A DNA stretch of 64,000 nucleotides from an uncultured Oscillospiraceae bacterium (GCA_964448355.1 CAYUWC010000005.1:5898-69897); one strand, 5' to 3'. Numbered from the stretch's first letter, positions 40,268-50,536 are shown. A program made the numbers and translations. Notes: generated from the sequence alone by a model not told the origin.

Positions 40268-42253
40268 TTGGCAAAAAAAGTGTATAACGACAGCAGTATC
40301 AAATCTCTCAAAGGTGCGGAAAGAGTACGTTTGCGTCCGTCCGTAATTTTCGGTTCGGACGGTCTTGAAGGCTGCGAGCACGCTTTTTTCGAGATACTTT
40401 CCAACTCCATAGACGAATTTAAAGAGGGCTACGGCGACCGAATAATCGTAACGGCGTTCAACGACAAATCAATCGAGGTGCAAGACTTCGGCAGAGGTGT
40501 ACCCGTTGACTGGAACGAAAAAGAAAAAGCGTACAACTGGGAGCTGCTTTTCTGCGAAATGTACGCCGGAGGCAAGTACGACAATGCGGACGCCGGCAGT
40601 TACGAGTATTCGCTCGGTCTTAACGGTCTGGGGCTTTGCGCTACTCAATATGCTTCGGAATATATGGAAGCGGAGATATTTAACGGAACATATTCTTACG
40701 ATCTTCATTTCAAAAAGGGCAAGCCCGCAAAGCGCAACAAAGAGGAGCAGTTGGGCAAGTCGGAAAGCGATCACGCATCGGGTTCGCGCATAAAATGGCG
40801 TCCGGATATGGAAGTTTTTACGGATATAAACATTCCGCGCGAATATTTTTCCGAAACGATCAAAAAGCAAGCTGTTTGCAATGCGGGGCTTACGATCCTG
40901 TTCCGTTGGCAAAACAGCGACGGTATATTTGAGGAAGAAACGTATTTTTATAAAACGGGGATCGCGGGATATCTCGACGAATGCATCGGTCACGACGCGA
41001 TGACGTCCATTCAAAGTTTTTCCGCAGAACGAAAAGGACGAGACAGAGAAGACAAGCCGGAATATAAGGTAAAGCTGAACGTTGTTTTTTGTTTTTCCAA
41101 CACAAAACAAATGATCGAATACTACCACAATTCCAGTTTTCTCGAATACGGCGGCTCACCCGACAAAGCCGTAAAAAGCGCATTTGTTCATTCGATAGAC
41201 GCGCATTTAAAACAAAACAACAAATATCTCAAAAACGAGAGCAAAATAACGTTTGCGGACGTTGCCGACTGTTTGGCGTTGATCTCAAATTCGCAGTCTA
41301 CCGTTACGTCTTACGAAAACCAGACCAAAAAAGCGATTAACAATAAATTCATACAGGAATGCATGACGGAGTTTCTCAAGCATTCTCTTGAAGTATATTT
41401 TATTGAAAACAAGCAGGAAGCCGACAAGATCGCGGAGCAGGTGTTAATAAACAAAAGAAGCCGCGAAAATGCGGAAAAGACGAGGCTCAACATAAAAAAG
41501 AAGCTTACGAGCGATATGGATCTTGCGAACAGGGTCGAAAAATTCGTCGATTGTCGTTCAAAAAATCCTGCGGAGCGCGAGTTGTATATTGTTGAGGGCG
41601 ACTCTGCGCTCGGTTCCGTTAAACTTGCGCGTATGGCGGAATTTCAAGCAATAATGCCGGTCAGAGGCAAAATATTAAACTGCCTTAAGGCGGATTATGC
41701 CAAGATCCTGAAAAGCGAGATAATAACGGACCTTATAAAAGTCCTCGGCTGCGGCATCGAAATATCCGCTCACGGGAAAAAATTGCCGGAATTCAGTTCC
41801 GACAACTTGCGTTTTCACAAAATAATAATATGCACCGATGCCGACGAAGACGGATATCAGATACGGACCCTTATTCTCGCAATGCTTTATCGTTTAACAC
41901 CGTCCCTGATATCGGAGGGAAAGGTTTATATTGCGGAATCACCGCTTTATGAAATAACGTGTAAAGACAAGACGATGTTTGCTTACACCGACAGAGAAAA
42001 AAACGATATCGTTGCAAAGCTCACGGGCAAAGTATCCGTTCAAAGATCGAAAGGTCTCGGTGAAAACGAGCCGGAAATGATGAAGCTTACAACAATGGAT
42101 CCGGCGACGAGAAAGCTTATAAAGGTCATGCCGGAAGAAAAAGAGCCGACGGAAGTTATGTTTAACACATTGCTCGGCAACGATCTGGACGCAAGGAAAG
42201 AATTTATTGCGGTAAACGGACCGAGATATCTTGAGCTTGCGGACATATCCTGA
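40268..42253 (+). CDS. Type IIA topoisomerase B subunit (divergent GyrB/ParE-like)
   Basis: EILSNSIDE, DFGRGVP, EGDSA, PVRGK, DADEDG and KGLGE motifs; TTG start at 40268. Confidence 0.92.
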   Translation: MAKKVYNDSSIKSLKGAERVRLRPSVIFGSDGLEGCEHAFFEILSNSIDEFKEGYGDRIIVTAFNDKSIEVQDFGRGVPVDWNEKEKAYNWELLFCEMYAGGKYDNADAGSYEYSLGLNGLGLCATQYASEYMEAEIFNGTYSYDLHFKKGKPAKRNKEEQLGKSESDHASGSRIKWRPDMEVFTDINIPREYFSETIKKQAVCNAGLTILFRWQNSDGIFEEETYFYKTGIAGYLDECIGHDAMTSIQSFSAERKGRDREDKPEYKVKLNVVFCFSNTKQMIEYYHNSSFLEYGGSPDKAVKSAFVHSIDAHLKQNNKYLKNESKITFADVADCLALISNSQSTVTSYENQTKKAINNKFIQECMTEFLKHSLEVYFIENKQEADKIAEQVLINKRSRENAEKTRLNIKKKLTSDMDLANRVEKFVDCRSKNPAERELYIVEGDSALGSVKLARMAEFQAIMPVRGKILNCLKADYAKILKSEIITDLIKVLGCGIEISAHGKKLPEFSSDNLRFHKIIICTDADEDGYQIRTLILAMLYRLTPSLISEGKVYIAESPLYEITCKDKTMFAYTDREKNDIVAKLTGKVSVQRSKGLGENEPEMMKLTTMDPATRKLIKVMPEEKEPTEVMFNTLLGNDLDARKEFIAVNGPRYLELADIS

Positions 42254-42337
42254 GTACTGTTTTAACAAACAACGTTGTTCGACATAATCAAAAAACATAA
42301 ATATTGCGGGAGCATTGCTCCCCCCAAAAGAGGAAAA

Positions 42338-42988
42338 ATGAAAAAATATATACTTTTCGACTTGGACGGCACACTAACGGACCCTGCTGAGGGAATAATC
42401 AAATCGATAAAATATTCTTTGGAAAAACTTGATGTTAAACAATACGACGAAGAAATACTCACGCAATTTATCGGTGCGCCGCTTGTTCAGGCATACTCAC
42501 AATATTTCGGTTTTGACGAAGAAAAAGCAAAGAAAGCCGTTGAGTTATACAGAGAATATTTTACACCGACCGGGATATTCGAAAATTTCGTATACGACGG
42601 GATATCGGAGCTTTTGAAGCGTCTTTGCGATAACGGATATATTCTTGCCGTTGCGACGCTTAAACCTACGGTCGCGGCAAAAAGGATATTGGAGCATTTC
42701 GATCTTGCGAAATATTTTGTTCTTGTTTCGGGCAGTGATCCAAACAAGACGAACGAAACAAAGTCGGATATTATCGCAAATGCGATTGCGGCTTTAAACA
42801 TTAAAGACAAGTCGCTTGCCGTGATGACCGGTGACAGAAAGCACGATATGCTCGGAGCTGCGATCAACGGCATTGACAGTATCGGTGTTCTTTACGGTTA
42901 CGGCGGCAAAGAGGAGCTTTCTTCCGCCGGAGCGAAATTTACAGCACAAACGCCTGCGGATGTGTTCGATATCGTAAACAAGAATTAA
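42338..42988 (+). CDS. HAD-IA hydrolase (phosphoglycolate phosphatase/nucleotidase-like)
   Basis: FDLDGTL, ATLK and GDRKHD motifs; ATG at 42338. Confidence 0.88.
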   Translation: MKKYILFDLDGTLTDPAEGIIKSIKYSLEKLDVKQYDEEILTQFIGAPLVQAYSQYFGFDEEKAKKAVELYREYFTPTGIFENFVYDGISELLKRLCDNGYILAVATLKPTVAAKRILEHFDLAKYFVLVSGSDPNKTNETKSDIIANAIAALNIKDKSLAVMTGDRKHDMLGAAINGIDSIGVLYGYGGKEELSSAGAKFTAQTPADVFDIVNKN

Positions 42989-43018
42989 CCGCTCACGTTT
43001 TTAACATAGGAGAAATCA

Positions 43019-45193
43019 ATGCAAAATCAAACGGAACAGCCTATTACCCGTACAATAGAAGAAAACTATATGCCATACACGATGAGCGTTATCGTCTCAC
43101 GTGCAATACCCGAAATAGACGGATTTAAGCCCTCGCACAGAAAGCTTCTGTACACAATGTATAAAATGGGGCTGTTGACCGGAGCAAAAACCAAGAGTGC
43201 GAACATTGTCGGTCAAACAATGCGTCTTAATCCCCACGGAGACATGGCGATATACGAAACGATGGTGCGTTTAACAAGGGGGCACGACGCGCTTATTTTG
43301 CCGCTTGTTGATTCAAAAGGCAACTTCGGCAAGCATTATTCGCGAGACATGGCATTTGCCGCACCACGTTATACGGAAGCAAAGCTTGATCCGGTATGTT
43401 CCGAAATATTTGCGGACATAGATAAGGATGTCGTCGATTTTGTCGATAATTACGACGGAACGATGAAAGAGCCGACGCTTTTGCCGACGACGTTCCCGAA
43501 CATACTTGTCAATCCCAATCAGGGCATAGCCGTCGGTATGGCAAGCACGATATGTTCGTTCAATCTCAACGAAATATGCGAAACGACGATAGAGCTTATC
43601 AAAAATCCGGATCATAACATTATGCTCACGCTCACTGCGCCGGATTTTACAACGGGCGGATATCTTATTTATAACCGGGAGCAGCTTCGTCGAATATACG
43701 AAAACGGCGTCGGTTCGTTCAAAGTAAGGGCGAAATACAATTTTGATAAAAAAGCGAATTGTCTTGAAATAACGGAGATCCCGTTTTCGACGACTGTCGA
43801 AGCGATCATAGACAAGATAGTCGATCTTGTTAAAGCGGGAAAACTCAAAGAAATATCGTATGTAAGAGACGAAACGGACATCAACGGCATGAAGATCGCG
43901 ATAGATCTCAAACGAGGTGTTGATCCCGATAAGCTTATGCAGCGTCTTTACAAGCTGACGACGCTCGAAGATTCTTTTTCCGCGAACTTTAACATTCTTA
44001 TCGGCGGCAGGCCCAAGATCATGGGTGTAAAAGAAATTCTTAACGAATGGGTCGCATTCAGGACGGAGTGCATTAAGCGCGGTCTTTTTTACGATATTAA
44101 AAAGACAAAGGACAAGCTCCATCTTCTTTTGGGCCTTCAGAAGATCCTTCTCGACATCGACAAAGCCATAAAAATCGTTCGTGAAACCGAAGAAGAAAGC
44201 GATGTTGTGCCGAATCTTATGATCGGTTTCGGAATCGACGAGATACAGGCGGAATTTGTTGCGGAGATCAAGCTGAGAAATCTCAACCGTGAATATATTT
44301 TAAACAAAACGGCGGAGATCGAAAAGCTCAAGAAATCGATAGACGATATGGAGAGCACGTTATCTTCCGCTCAAAAGCTGAAAAAAGTAATAATAACTCA
44401 ACTGACGGCGATAATGAAAAAATACGGCAAACCGAGACGAACAGCACTTTTGTACGAAGATGAGATAATCGAACCGGAAGAAGATGTTGTCGAAGAAAAT
44501 TATCCCGTCACGGTATTTATGACAAGAGACGGCTACTTCAAAAAAATAACGGCGCAATCGCTGAGAATGTCGAGCGAACACAAAATAAAAGAGGGCGATG
44601 AGCTTAAATTTACTTTTGAAGCCGAGAATATTTCGAATTTGCTTATCTTTACGGATAAATTCCAGGTTTACAAAGCACGGATATGCGATTTTGACGATTC
44701 AAAAGCGTCCGTCCTCGGAGATTTTCTGCCGCAAAAGCTCGGTATGGACGACGGTGAAACGCCGATCTTCATAACCGCCACGAATGATTACAAAGGGCAT
44801 ATCCTGGCATTTTTTGAAAACGGCAAATGCGCAAAGATAGATATGTCTTCTTACGAGACAAAAACAAATCGCAAAAAGCTCATAAACGCATATTCCGACG
44901 CATCGCCGCTTGTTGCAATGTTTTCGACAACAGAGGAAAAGCTGTTTGTTTTGACCGCATCAAACGGCCGCTGCCTGATTGTTGACAGCGGAGCAATAAG
45001 CGAAAAAACAACAAAGAACACCGCCGGAGTGAATGTCATGACGCTTAAAGCAAAAAGCATTCTTGAAGACGTTGTACCGTATTCGGAAGGAATGTTTGAA
45101 GATCCGAACAGATACAGAACAAAAAATATCCCCGCAGCCGGTGCATTTTTAAAGAACGGCGACGAATCCCCCACACAAATCAAGCTTATATGA
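43019..45193 (+). CDS. Type IIA topoisomerase A subunit (ParC-like, no GyrA box)
   Basis: DGFKPSHR, PHGD, catalytic AAPRYTE and GIAVGMA motifs; the C-terminal domain lacks QxRGGKG. Confidence 0.92.
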   Translation: MQNQTEQPITRTIEENYMPYTMSVIVSRAIPEIDGFKPSHRKLLYTMYKMGLLTGAKTKSANIVGQTMRLNPHGDMAIYETMVRLTRGHDALILPLVDSKGNFGKHYSRDMAFAAPRYTEAKLDPVCSEIFADIDKDVVDFVDNYDGTMKEPTLLPTTFPNILVNPNQGIAVGMASTICSFNLNEICETTIELIKNPDHNIMLTLTAPDFTTGGYLIYNREQLRRIYENGVGSFKVRAKYNFDKKANCLEITEIPFSTTVEAIIDKIVDLVKAGKLKEISYVRDETDINGMKIAIDLKRGVDPDKLMQRLYKLTTLEDSFSANFNILIGGRPKIMGVKEILNEWVAFRTECIKRGLFYDIKKTKDKLHLLLGLQKILLDIDKAIKIVRETEEESDVVPNLMIGFGIDEIQAEFVAEIKLRNLNREYILNKTAEIEKLKKSIDDMESTLSSAQKLKKVIITQLTAIMKKYGKPRRTALLYEDEIIEPEEDVVEENYPVTVFMTRDGYFKKITAQSLRMSSEHKIKEGDELKFTFEAENISNLLIFTDKFQVYKARICDFDDSKASVLGDFLPQKLGMDDGETPIFITATNDYKGHILAFFENGKCAKIDMSSYETKTNRKKLINAYSDASPLVAMFSTTEEKLFVLTASNGRCLIVDSGAISEKTTKNTAGVNVMTLKAKSILEDVVPYSEGMFEDPNRYRTKNIPAAGAFLKNGDESPTQIKLI

Positions 45194-45194
45194 T

Positions 45195-45237
45195 AAAAAC
45201 AGCTGTAGAAAACTTTCGTTTTTTTACAGCTGTTTTT
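45195..45237. terminator. Intrinsic terminator after the topoisomerase operon
   Basis: aaaaacagctgta...tacagctgttttt. Confidence 0.75.
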
Positions 45238-45247
45238 TCTGAAATTT

Positions 45248-45374
45248 AAATCGGAGGAACGCTTGAAAGCACTTACGATCTGCGCAGGGAGATAGGATTT
45301 CGTGCGGGATTATAACAATCACAAAACCCTTGAAGAAAAATTTTCCGCCTTAGACGTGCGTAACATCTGCGTTA
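45248..45374 (-). repeat. Interspersed TAACGCAGATG element, copy B (full length)
   Basis: Minus strand taacgcagatg...cctgcgcagatcgtaa...ctccgattt, 127 bp. Confidence 0.7.
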
Positions 45375-45403
45375 GGTTATTAAAGAGGACATATCACAAA
45401 ATG

Positions 45404-46108
45404 TTAAGCACAAACGCAATAATCCCTATAAAAATCGGTCATTGCCTGTGTGATGAGTTTTTGACCTTCGCTGTTCGGGTGGATCCCGTCTGCGCAAAGC
45501 AGATCACAATAGTTATGTTTATCCAAAAAATACGAACGCACATCGATAAACAGGGAGTTCGTTTGGTACGCAAGCTTTGCGATAACGTTGGAATAAAGCT
45601 CCTGGAAACGATATATCATCTGCACATCGCCCAGCCACTGCAAAATGTTAAGAACGGAAAGTCCGTCTTTTGTTATCCAATTAAGATATTTTTGCGCGTC
45701 GATCGGAGGCAACGACATAATAACGGGCGTTGCGCCCACGCTTTTAACACGTTCGATGATCTCGAAATATAATTTTTCAAACGTACCGAGCGGAGTTACG
45801 GGATCGTGATGCTCGCTCGGAAGCTCCGAGATCTCTTTCCAAACATAATTGCAATCGTTTCCGCCGTATTCTATTAAAACAAGACCTTCCCCTACTCTGC
45901 CGTTCTCTATCGCGCTGCAAACAAGCTTTGCGCCTTTAACTACCGTGCAGCCGAAAACAGACCTGTTGTTTACATCAACATTCGTCTCTTTCGCAAATTC
46001 CATACTCGGCGAACAGGAAGAAAGCACGTATCGCTGAGTACTGTCGTCAAGCAGTACCCCTTTCATTATCGAATCCCCGAAAATATCGAGATTTAAACCT
46101 TTAGTCAT
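45404..46108 (-). CDS. SGNH/GDSL hydrolase
   Basis: FGDSI, GGND and DGIHP blocks. Confidence 0.9.
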   Translation of the reverse strand: MTKGLNLDIFGDSIMKGVLLDDSTQRYVLSSCSPSMEFAKETNVDVNNRSVFGCTVVKGAKLVCSAIENGRVGEGLVLIEYGGNDCNYVWKEISELPSEHHDPVTPLGTFEKLYFEIIERVKSVGATPVIMSLPPIDAQKYLNWITKDGLSVLNILQWLGDVQMIYRFQELYSNVIAKLAYQTNSLFIDVRSYFLDKHNYCDLLCADGIHPNSEGQKLITQAMTDFYRDYCVCA

Positions 46109-46399
46109 AGAGTTCTTCCTCACATCATGTAGTTTCTAAAACTATTATATCACATCTTCATCAACACGTCAAGCCTTTTTCATAATAAGTTTATGAACTA
46201 TTTTGCAAATTTTTCAATTAAACATCTTCCATTTCTCTTAAAAGTGTGATATAATATATCTAAAGAAACAGACTGCGTATAACGGTTTTGCGGAATACCA
46301 CTTGCGATTATGATGATCGCAGCGATTACAATCGCATTGAAACATATTTTGTAAAGCGGACTGTTCCGAAGAAAGGATGCTTTTGTTAAATCAAAAGAG

Positions 46400-47020
46400 A
46401 TGATCATAAAAATGGAAGAGAATGAAATACAAGCAAGCGAACCGAACATAAAAATAATAAACTGGTGTGAACAGATGATGTCATACCGTATTCCGAGATG
46501 GAAAGAGTTGCCTGAGATCGAATTATACATGGATCAGGTGATTGCATTGATGGAAAAATATCTCGGTGTATTTTTTGACGAAGAAAACAAGACGATAACG
46601 CCGTCCATCATAAACAATTACGTCAAGCTCGGTCTTGTTCCCGCACCGGTCAAGAAAAGATACTCGAAGATCCACCTTGCATACCTGCTTATTATCTGCA
46701 TTTTAAAGAAAATTATGCCGATAAACGCCGTTATGAAAATAATAGAATGTCAAACTCAAAAATATCCGATAGAAGATGTTTACGACCATTTTTGCGAGGA
46801 GCAGGAACGTTCGTTGTTGAGCGTGATCAAAAAAACAGCAAATATTTGCGGTGAAGACTGCGATAAAATGATCATCGAAGATTTTATATTAAGCTCTGCC
46901 ATAACGGCAAATTCGGAAAAATCCGTAGCCGAAAAAATAACGAGCTTATTGGAAGAAAACGAAGCTCCGGACGGCAAAGAGAAAGAGAAAGAGAAAGATA
47001 GAGATAAGGATAAAAAATAG
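46400..47020 (+). CDS. DUF1836 family putative transcriptional regulator
   Basis: LPEIELYMDQV, INNYVK and PVKKRY motifs; start uncertain. Confidence 0.85.
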   Translation: MIIKMEENEIQASEPNIKIINWCEQMMSYRIPRWKELPEIELYMDQVIALMEKYLGVFFDEENKTITPSIINNYVKLGLVPAPVKKRYSKIHLAYLLIICILKKIMPINAVMKIIECQTQKYPIEDVYDHFCEEQERSLLSVIKKTANICGEDCDKMIIEDFILSSAITANSEKSVAEKITSLLEENEAPDGKEKEKEKDRDKDKK

Positions 47021-47058
47021 ATGACCGATTTGTTTTCGAATCGGCTGTAAAAACAGCA

Positions 47059-47089
47059 ACCCCGACAGGTTTTATAGATCTGTCGGGGT
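47059..47089. terminator. Intrinsic terminator
   Basis: accccgacagg/tctgtcggggt hairpin between convergent genes. Confidence 0.65.
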
Positions 47090-47130
47090 AATTTTGTATA
47101 TGAAAAATGATATTTCGTTTTGCAGTAAAA

Positions 47131-47295
47131 CCACGTACACGATTAAAAATCCGCACACGATTAAAACCCATATGCGCAACGCACGTATATAAGCAAAACA
47201 CACATATGCGCGTGACTCATAGCGATTGAAATCCGCACGAGATCAAGCCCTGCGCACGATCGAGACCCGTATGCGAACAAAACACGAATGTAAGC
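47131..47295. repeat. Nested degenerate repeats (cacgattaaaa subunits in a duplicated block)
   Basis: cgattaaaaatccgcac...acccatatgcg...cacgtatataagc versus cgattgaaatccgcac...acccgtatgcg...cacgaatgtaagc. Confidence 0.55.
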
Positions 47296-47337
47296 GGCGG
47301 CAAACGACACGCTGTCAAATCAGCTTGTGCCTCGGAA

Positions 47338-48033
47338 TTATTGTTGTTTGCTGTTTTCAACAAGGCCCATAATATCGGTCTTGCCGTAACACGATTCCCA
47401 GTCTACCATAAAGTCGTCGATAGCGTACTGAGTGAGAGGATGATATGTGAGGGTATGGAAAAGTTCCGTATTGATCGTAACGGCATGGCCGCCGACCATA
47501 GCGATCTTGTGGATCTGTTCGACTGTTTTAAAGCTTGCGGCGAGAACTTTTGCCTTGATATCGTGCTGTTTGAACATTTCTACTATTTCGCCGACGACAT
47601 GAACGCCGTCGGAAACGATGTTATCGAGACGGTTAACATACGGAGCTACAAAATCCGCGCCTGCAAGAGCTGCGAGCATAGCTTGCTGTTGTGTAAAAAT
47701 AGCGGTCTCGGTAACTTTTATGCCCATTTTTTTGAGCGCCATGGTAGCCTTAAGGCCTTCGGGGCAGACAGGAATTTTAATATAAAAATCGCCGCCGACT
47801 ATGCCCTGAAGAGTAACGGCTTCCTTTATTATACCGGCTGCATCGGGAGCGGTAGCCTGAATGTGGAGCATTCTGTCGGGTCCGATTATTTCGCGTATGC
47901 TTTTGATAAGCGTTATGAAATCTGTTTTTTCTCTGGAGATGATAGTCGGGTTCGTTGTTACACCGGCTACGGGATAAAATTCGACGCATTCTCTGATTTT
48001 TTCGAGATTTGCACTGTCGATAATGTACATCAT
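47338..48033 (-). CDS. Transaldolase-family enzyme, fructose-6-phosphate aldolase type
   Basis: GVTTNPT, IKIP and LAASFK motifs; FSA-type Gln (HIQA) and Tyr (APYVNR). Confidence 0.85.
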   Translation of the reverse strand: MMYIIDSANLEKIRECVEFYPVAGVTTNPTIISREKTDFITLIKSIREIIGPDRMLHIQATAPDAAGIIKEAVTLQGIVGGDFYIKIPVCPEGLKATMALKKMGIKVTETAIFTQQQAMLAALAGADFVAPYVNRLDNIVSDGVHVVGEIVEMFKQHDIKAKVLAASFKTVEQIHKIAMVGGHAVTINTELFHTLTYHPLTQYAIDDFMVDWESCYGKTDIMGLVENSKQQ

Positions 48034-48079
48034 AATAAAAGACCTCTTTATTTATATAAATTTTATTTTTTTCTTGATT

Positions 48080-48913
48080 TTATTCTTTGCGCATTGTTTT
48101 TAACATAGCGATCTCTCTTGCGTATCCGTCAAGATCATTCGGTGTTTCCAAAAAAAACGGAAGAGAACGAAGTTTGGGATGATTTATTATCGCACTCAAC
48201 GCATCAAGCCCGATAGTACCGTCGCCGAGCTTTTGATGTCTGTCTTTATGGCTGCCGACGGGATTCATACTGTCGTTTAGATGTATGGCAAAAAGCCTGT
48301 TTAAGCCTATTGTTTTGTCAAACGTATCGATAACGGCGTCGAGATCCGTAACGATATCGTAACCGGCGTCGCTTATATGGCACGTATCAAGGCAAACTCC
48401 GAGCTTGTCCGAAAGCTCGGTTTGTTCGATTATGCGAGCAATTTCCTCAAAACGCCCGCCGATCTCGGAGCCTTTACCTGCCATGGTTTCGAGCAGCACG
48501 GGTGTTGAGATATCGGGTGTTAAAACACGATTTAACGTTTCGGATATCTGCTTGATGCCGACATCGACGCCCTGCCCCGTGTGACTTCCGGGATGAAAAT
48601 TGTAAAGCGCACCGGGGATGTTGCAAAGACGGGCAAGATCGTCTGTCATCATCTGCACTGCAAGATCACGCAGCCCCGGATTTGAAGAGCAGGCGTTCAT
48701 TGTGTACGGAGCATGGCATAAAACGACCTTTATGCCGTGTTCCTCAGCTGTTTTTTTATATTTTTCGATATCGTTAAGATCCAAAGGGCGAGCCTTGCTG
48801 CCTCTGGGATTTCTGGAAAAATACTGGAATGTATTTGCGCCGATACCGACGGCGGTTTTTGCCATGGCATCAAATCCGTTCGATGCGGAAAGATGGCAAC
48901 CTACGGTAAACAT
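48080..48913 (-). CDS. nfo: Endonuclease IV
   Basis: HAPY, FHPGSH, LETMAGKG, DTCH, HLNDS, DRH and LETP motifs. Confidence 0.95.
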   Translation of the reverse strand: MFTVGCHLSASNGFDAMAKTAVGIGANTFQYFSRNPRGSKARPLDLNDIEKYKKTAEEHGIKVVLCHAPYTMNACSSNPGLRDLAVQMMTDDLARLCNIPGALYNFHPGSHTGQGVDVGIKQISETLNRVLTPDISTPVLLETMAGKGSEIGGRFEEIARIIEQTELSDKLGVCLDTCHISDAGYDIVTDLDAVIDTFDKTIGLNRLFAIHLNDSMNPVGSHKDRHQKLGDGTIGLDALSAIINHPKLRSLPFFLETPNDLDGYAREIAMLKTMRKE

Positions 48914-48925
48914 AAAATTTCCCCT

Positions 48926-49543
48926 TTAATTTAAATCGGAAGCGGTCGTATCAAGAACAGACAGTGCCGCCAGTATGCTGTCGGAGATATTTGTTAAAGA
49001 CATAGACGGAACATTCGGACGAGAGATCGTCTGCTCCGGTACGAACGGCACATGAATAAAACCGACATTTATCGGTAATTTGTTATCCGAAACATACTTA
49101 AGAAGACCGTAAAAAAGGTGATTACAAACAAACCTGCCGGCATTGTCCGAAACGAGTGCCGGAAGCCCGACGGAATTGATCGCATCCGCCATATTTTGAA
49201 CGGGCAGCAAAGTACAAAGTTTTTCGGGTCCGTTCGGACAATTAACGGTATGCAAACAAACGCCGGCATTGTCCGCATGGTCGGAATCGGCGATATTGAC
49301 AGCTATCCGTTCAATGTTTACGGACGCTCTTCCGCCTGCCTGACCGACGCAGATAACAACATCGGGCGAAAAGCGTTCGATTGCGGATACCGCTGTTTTA
49401 ACGGACGTGTAATATTCGGTCGGTATAAGCAATGTTTTAACGACCGCAAAATTGATCTTTTCCGCTGTTTTGCAGACAGCCTGCCACGACGGATTTATCG
49501 TTTCGCCGCCGAATGGGTCAAAGCCCGTGAGCAATATTTTCAT
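48926..49543 (-). CDS. pcp: Pyroglutamyl-peptidase I
   Basis: TGFDPF, NPS, ERIAVN, AGRFVCN and GFIHVP motifs. Confidence 0.95.
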   Translation of the reverse strand: MKILLTGFDPFGGETINPSWQAVCKTAEKINFAVVKTLLIPTEYYTSVKTAVSAIERFSPDVVICVGQAGGRASVNIERIAVNIADSDHADNAGVCLHTVNCPNGPEKLCTLLPVQNMADAINSVGLPALVSDNAGRFVCNHLFYGLLKYVSDNKLPINVGFIHVPFVPEQTISRPNVPSMSLTNISDSILAALSVLDTTASDLN

Positions 49544-49768
49544 ATGCGATTCTCTTTATTTACAAGCATTGAATTTTTCTGTTTTGCGTTTAAACACGAG
49601 GACTGTTTGTTTGAATACACTTATATATATTATAGCACCTATTTATGACAAATCAATAGCAAAATCGATTTTAAAAAAACAACATAAAAATTTTTTCCGT
49701 CTTCATATTTCGAGTATTTTTTTACCGTGAATGGGATATAATAGAAAAAAACTGTTAAAGGAGAAGCA

Positions 49769-50083
49769 ATGGCTGCGTATACTGTAAACAATGATATTTT
49801 AACGGTACAATTAAAGGGCGAGATCGATCACCACACGGCAAGCAAGATCTCAAAAGAGACGGACGAGCTGATTTTGCGGTACGAACCGACGCTGCTGATA
49901 CTCGATTTTTGCAAAGTCACGTTCAGCGACAGCAGCGGAATCGCGGTCGTATTGGGCAGATATAAAAAAATGAAGGCATTGGGTGGGACCGTAGAGCTTG
50001 CGTCCGTACCGAAAGGGATAAAGCGGATATTTTCGCTTGCGGCGTTGGACAAGCTTGTTAAATTCAGAGAAAACGTAGTATAG
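49769..50083 (+). CDS. spoIIAA: Anti-anti-sigma F factor
   Basis: GEIDHH and DSSGI STAS motifs; operon context. Confidence 0.93.
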   Translation: MAAYTVNNDILTVQLKGEIDHHTASKISKETDELILRYEPTLLILDFCKVTFSDSSGIAVVLGRYKKMKALGGTVELASVPKGIKRIFSLAALDKLVKFRENVV

Positions 50084-50086
50084 GAG

Positions 50087-50536
50087 ATGAAAAAAATGTA
50101 TTTGTTAAACGAAATGACACTCGGGTTTCCCGCAAAGAGTGCAAACGAAAGTTTTGCGAGAGTAAGTGTTGCGGCATTTGCAGCGCAGCTTGACCCGACG
50201 GTAGAAGAGCTTGCGGAGATAAAAACCGTTGTATCCGAAGCGGTAACGAACTCGATAGTTCACGGATACAGAGAAAAAAGCGGGAGTATACATATAAAAG
50301 CAAAGCTGTATACCGACAGCTATGCCGGCAAGATCACGATATCGATACGAGACAACGGTGTCGGAATAAAAGACATAGCGCAGGCATTGGAGCCGTGTTT
50401 TACGACCGGAGCGGACGACAGAGCCGGTATGGGTTTTACGATAATGCAATCGTTTACGGACAAGTTCAGGGTCAGTTCAGCAGAAGGTAAAGGAACGACG
50501 GTCATAATGGAAAAAAAGATAGTGCGAAGAAGCTGA
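50087..50536 (+). CDS. spoIIAB: Anti-sigma F kinase
   Basis: NESFAR, SEAVTNSIVHGY and GMGFTIM motifs. Confidence 0.96.
   Translation: MKKMYLLNEMTLGFPAKSANESFARVSVAAFAAQLDPTVEELAEIKTVVSEAVTNSIVHGYREKSGSIHIKAKLYTDSYAGKITISIRDNGVGIKDIAQALEPCFTTGADDRAGMGFTIMQSFTDKFRVSSAEGKGTTVIMEKKIVRRS

Noticed and set aside
40268-45193. Canonical gyrB-gyrA assignment
   Set aside because: No GyrA box, divergent B-subunit motifs and no dnaA-region context, so gene symbols were withheld.
28827-45237. Shared gctgta...tacagc hairpin core as a REP family
   Set aside because: Only two short instances, both adequately explained as terminators.
48926-48942. Sixth repeat copy (tccgatttaaatt at the end of pcp)
   Set aside because: Only the short 3' word matches, inside coding sequence, with no 5' TAACGCAG end.
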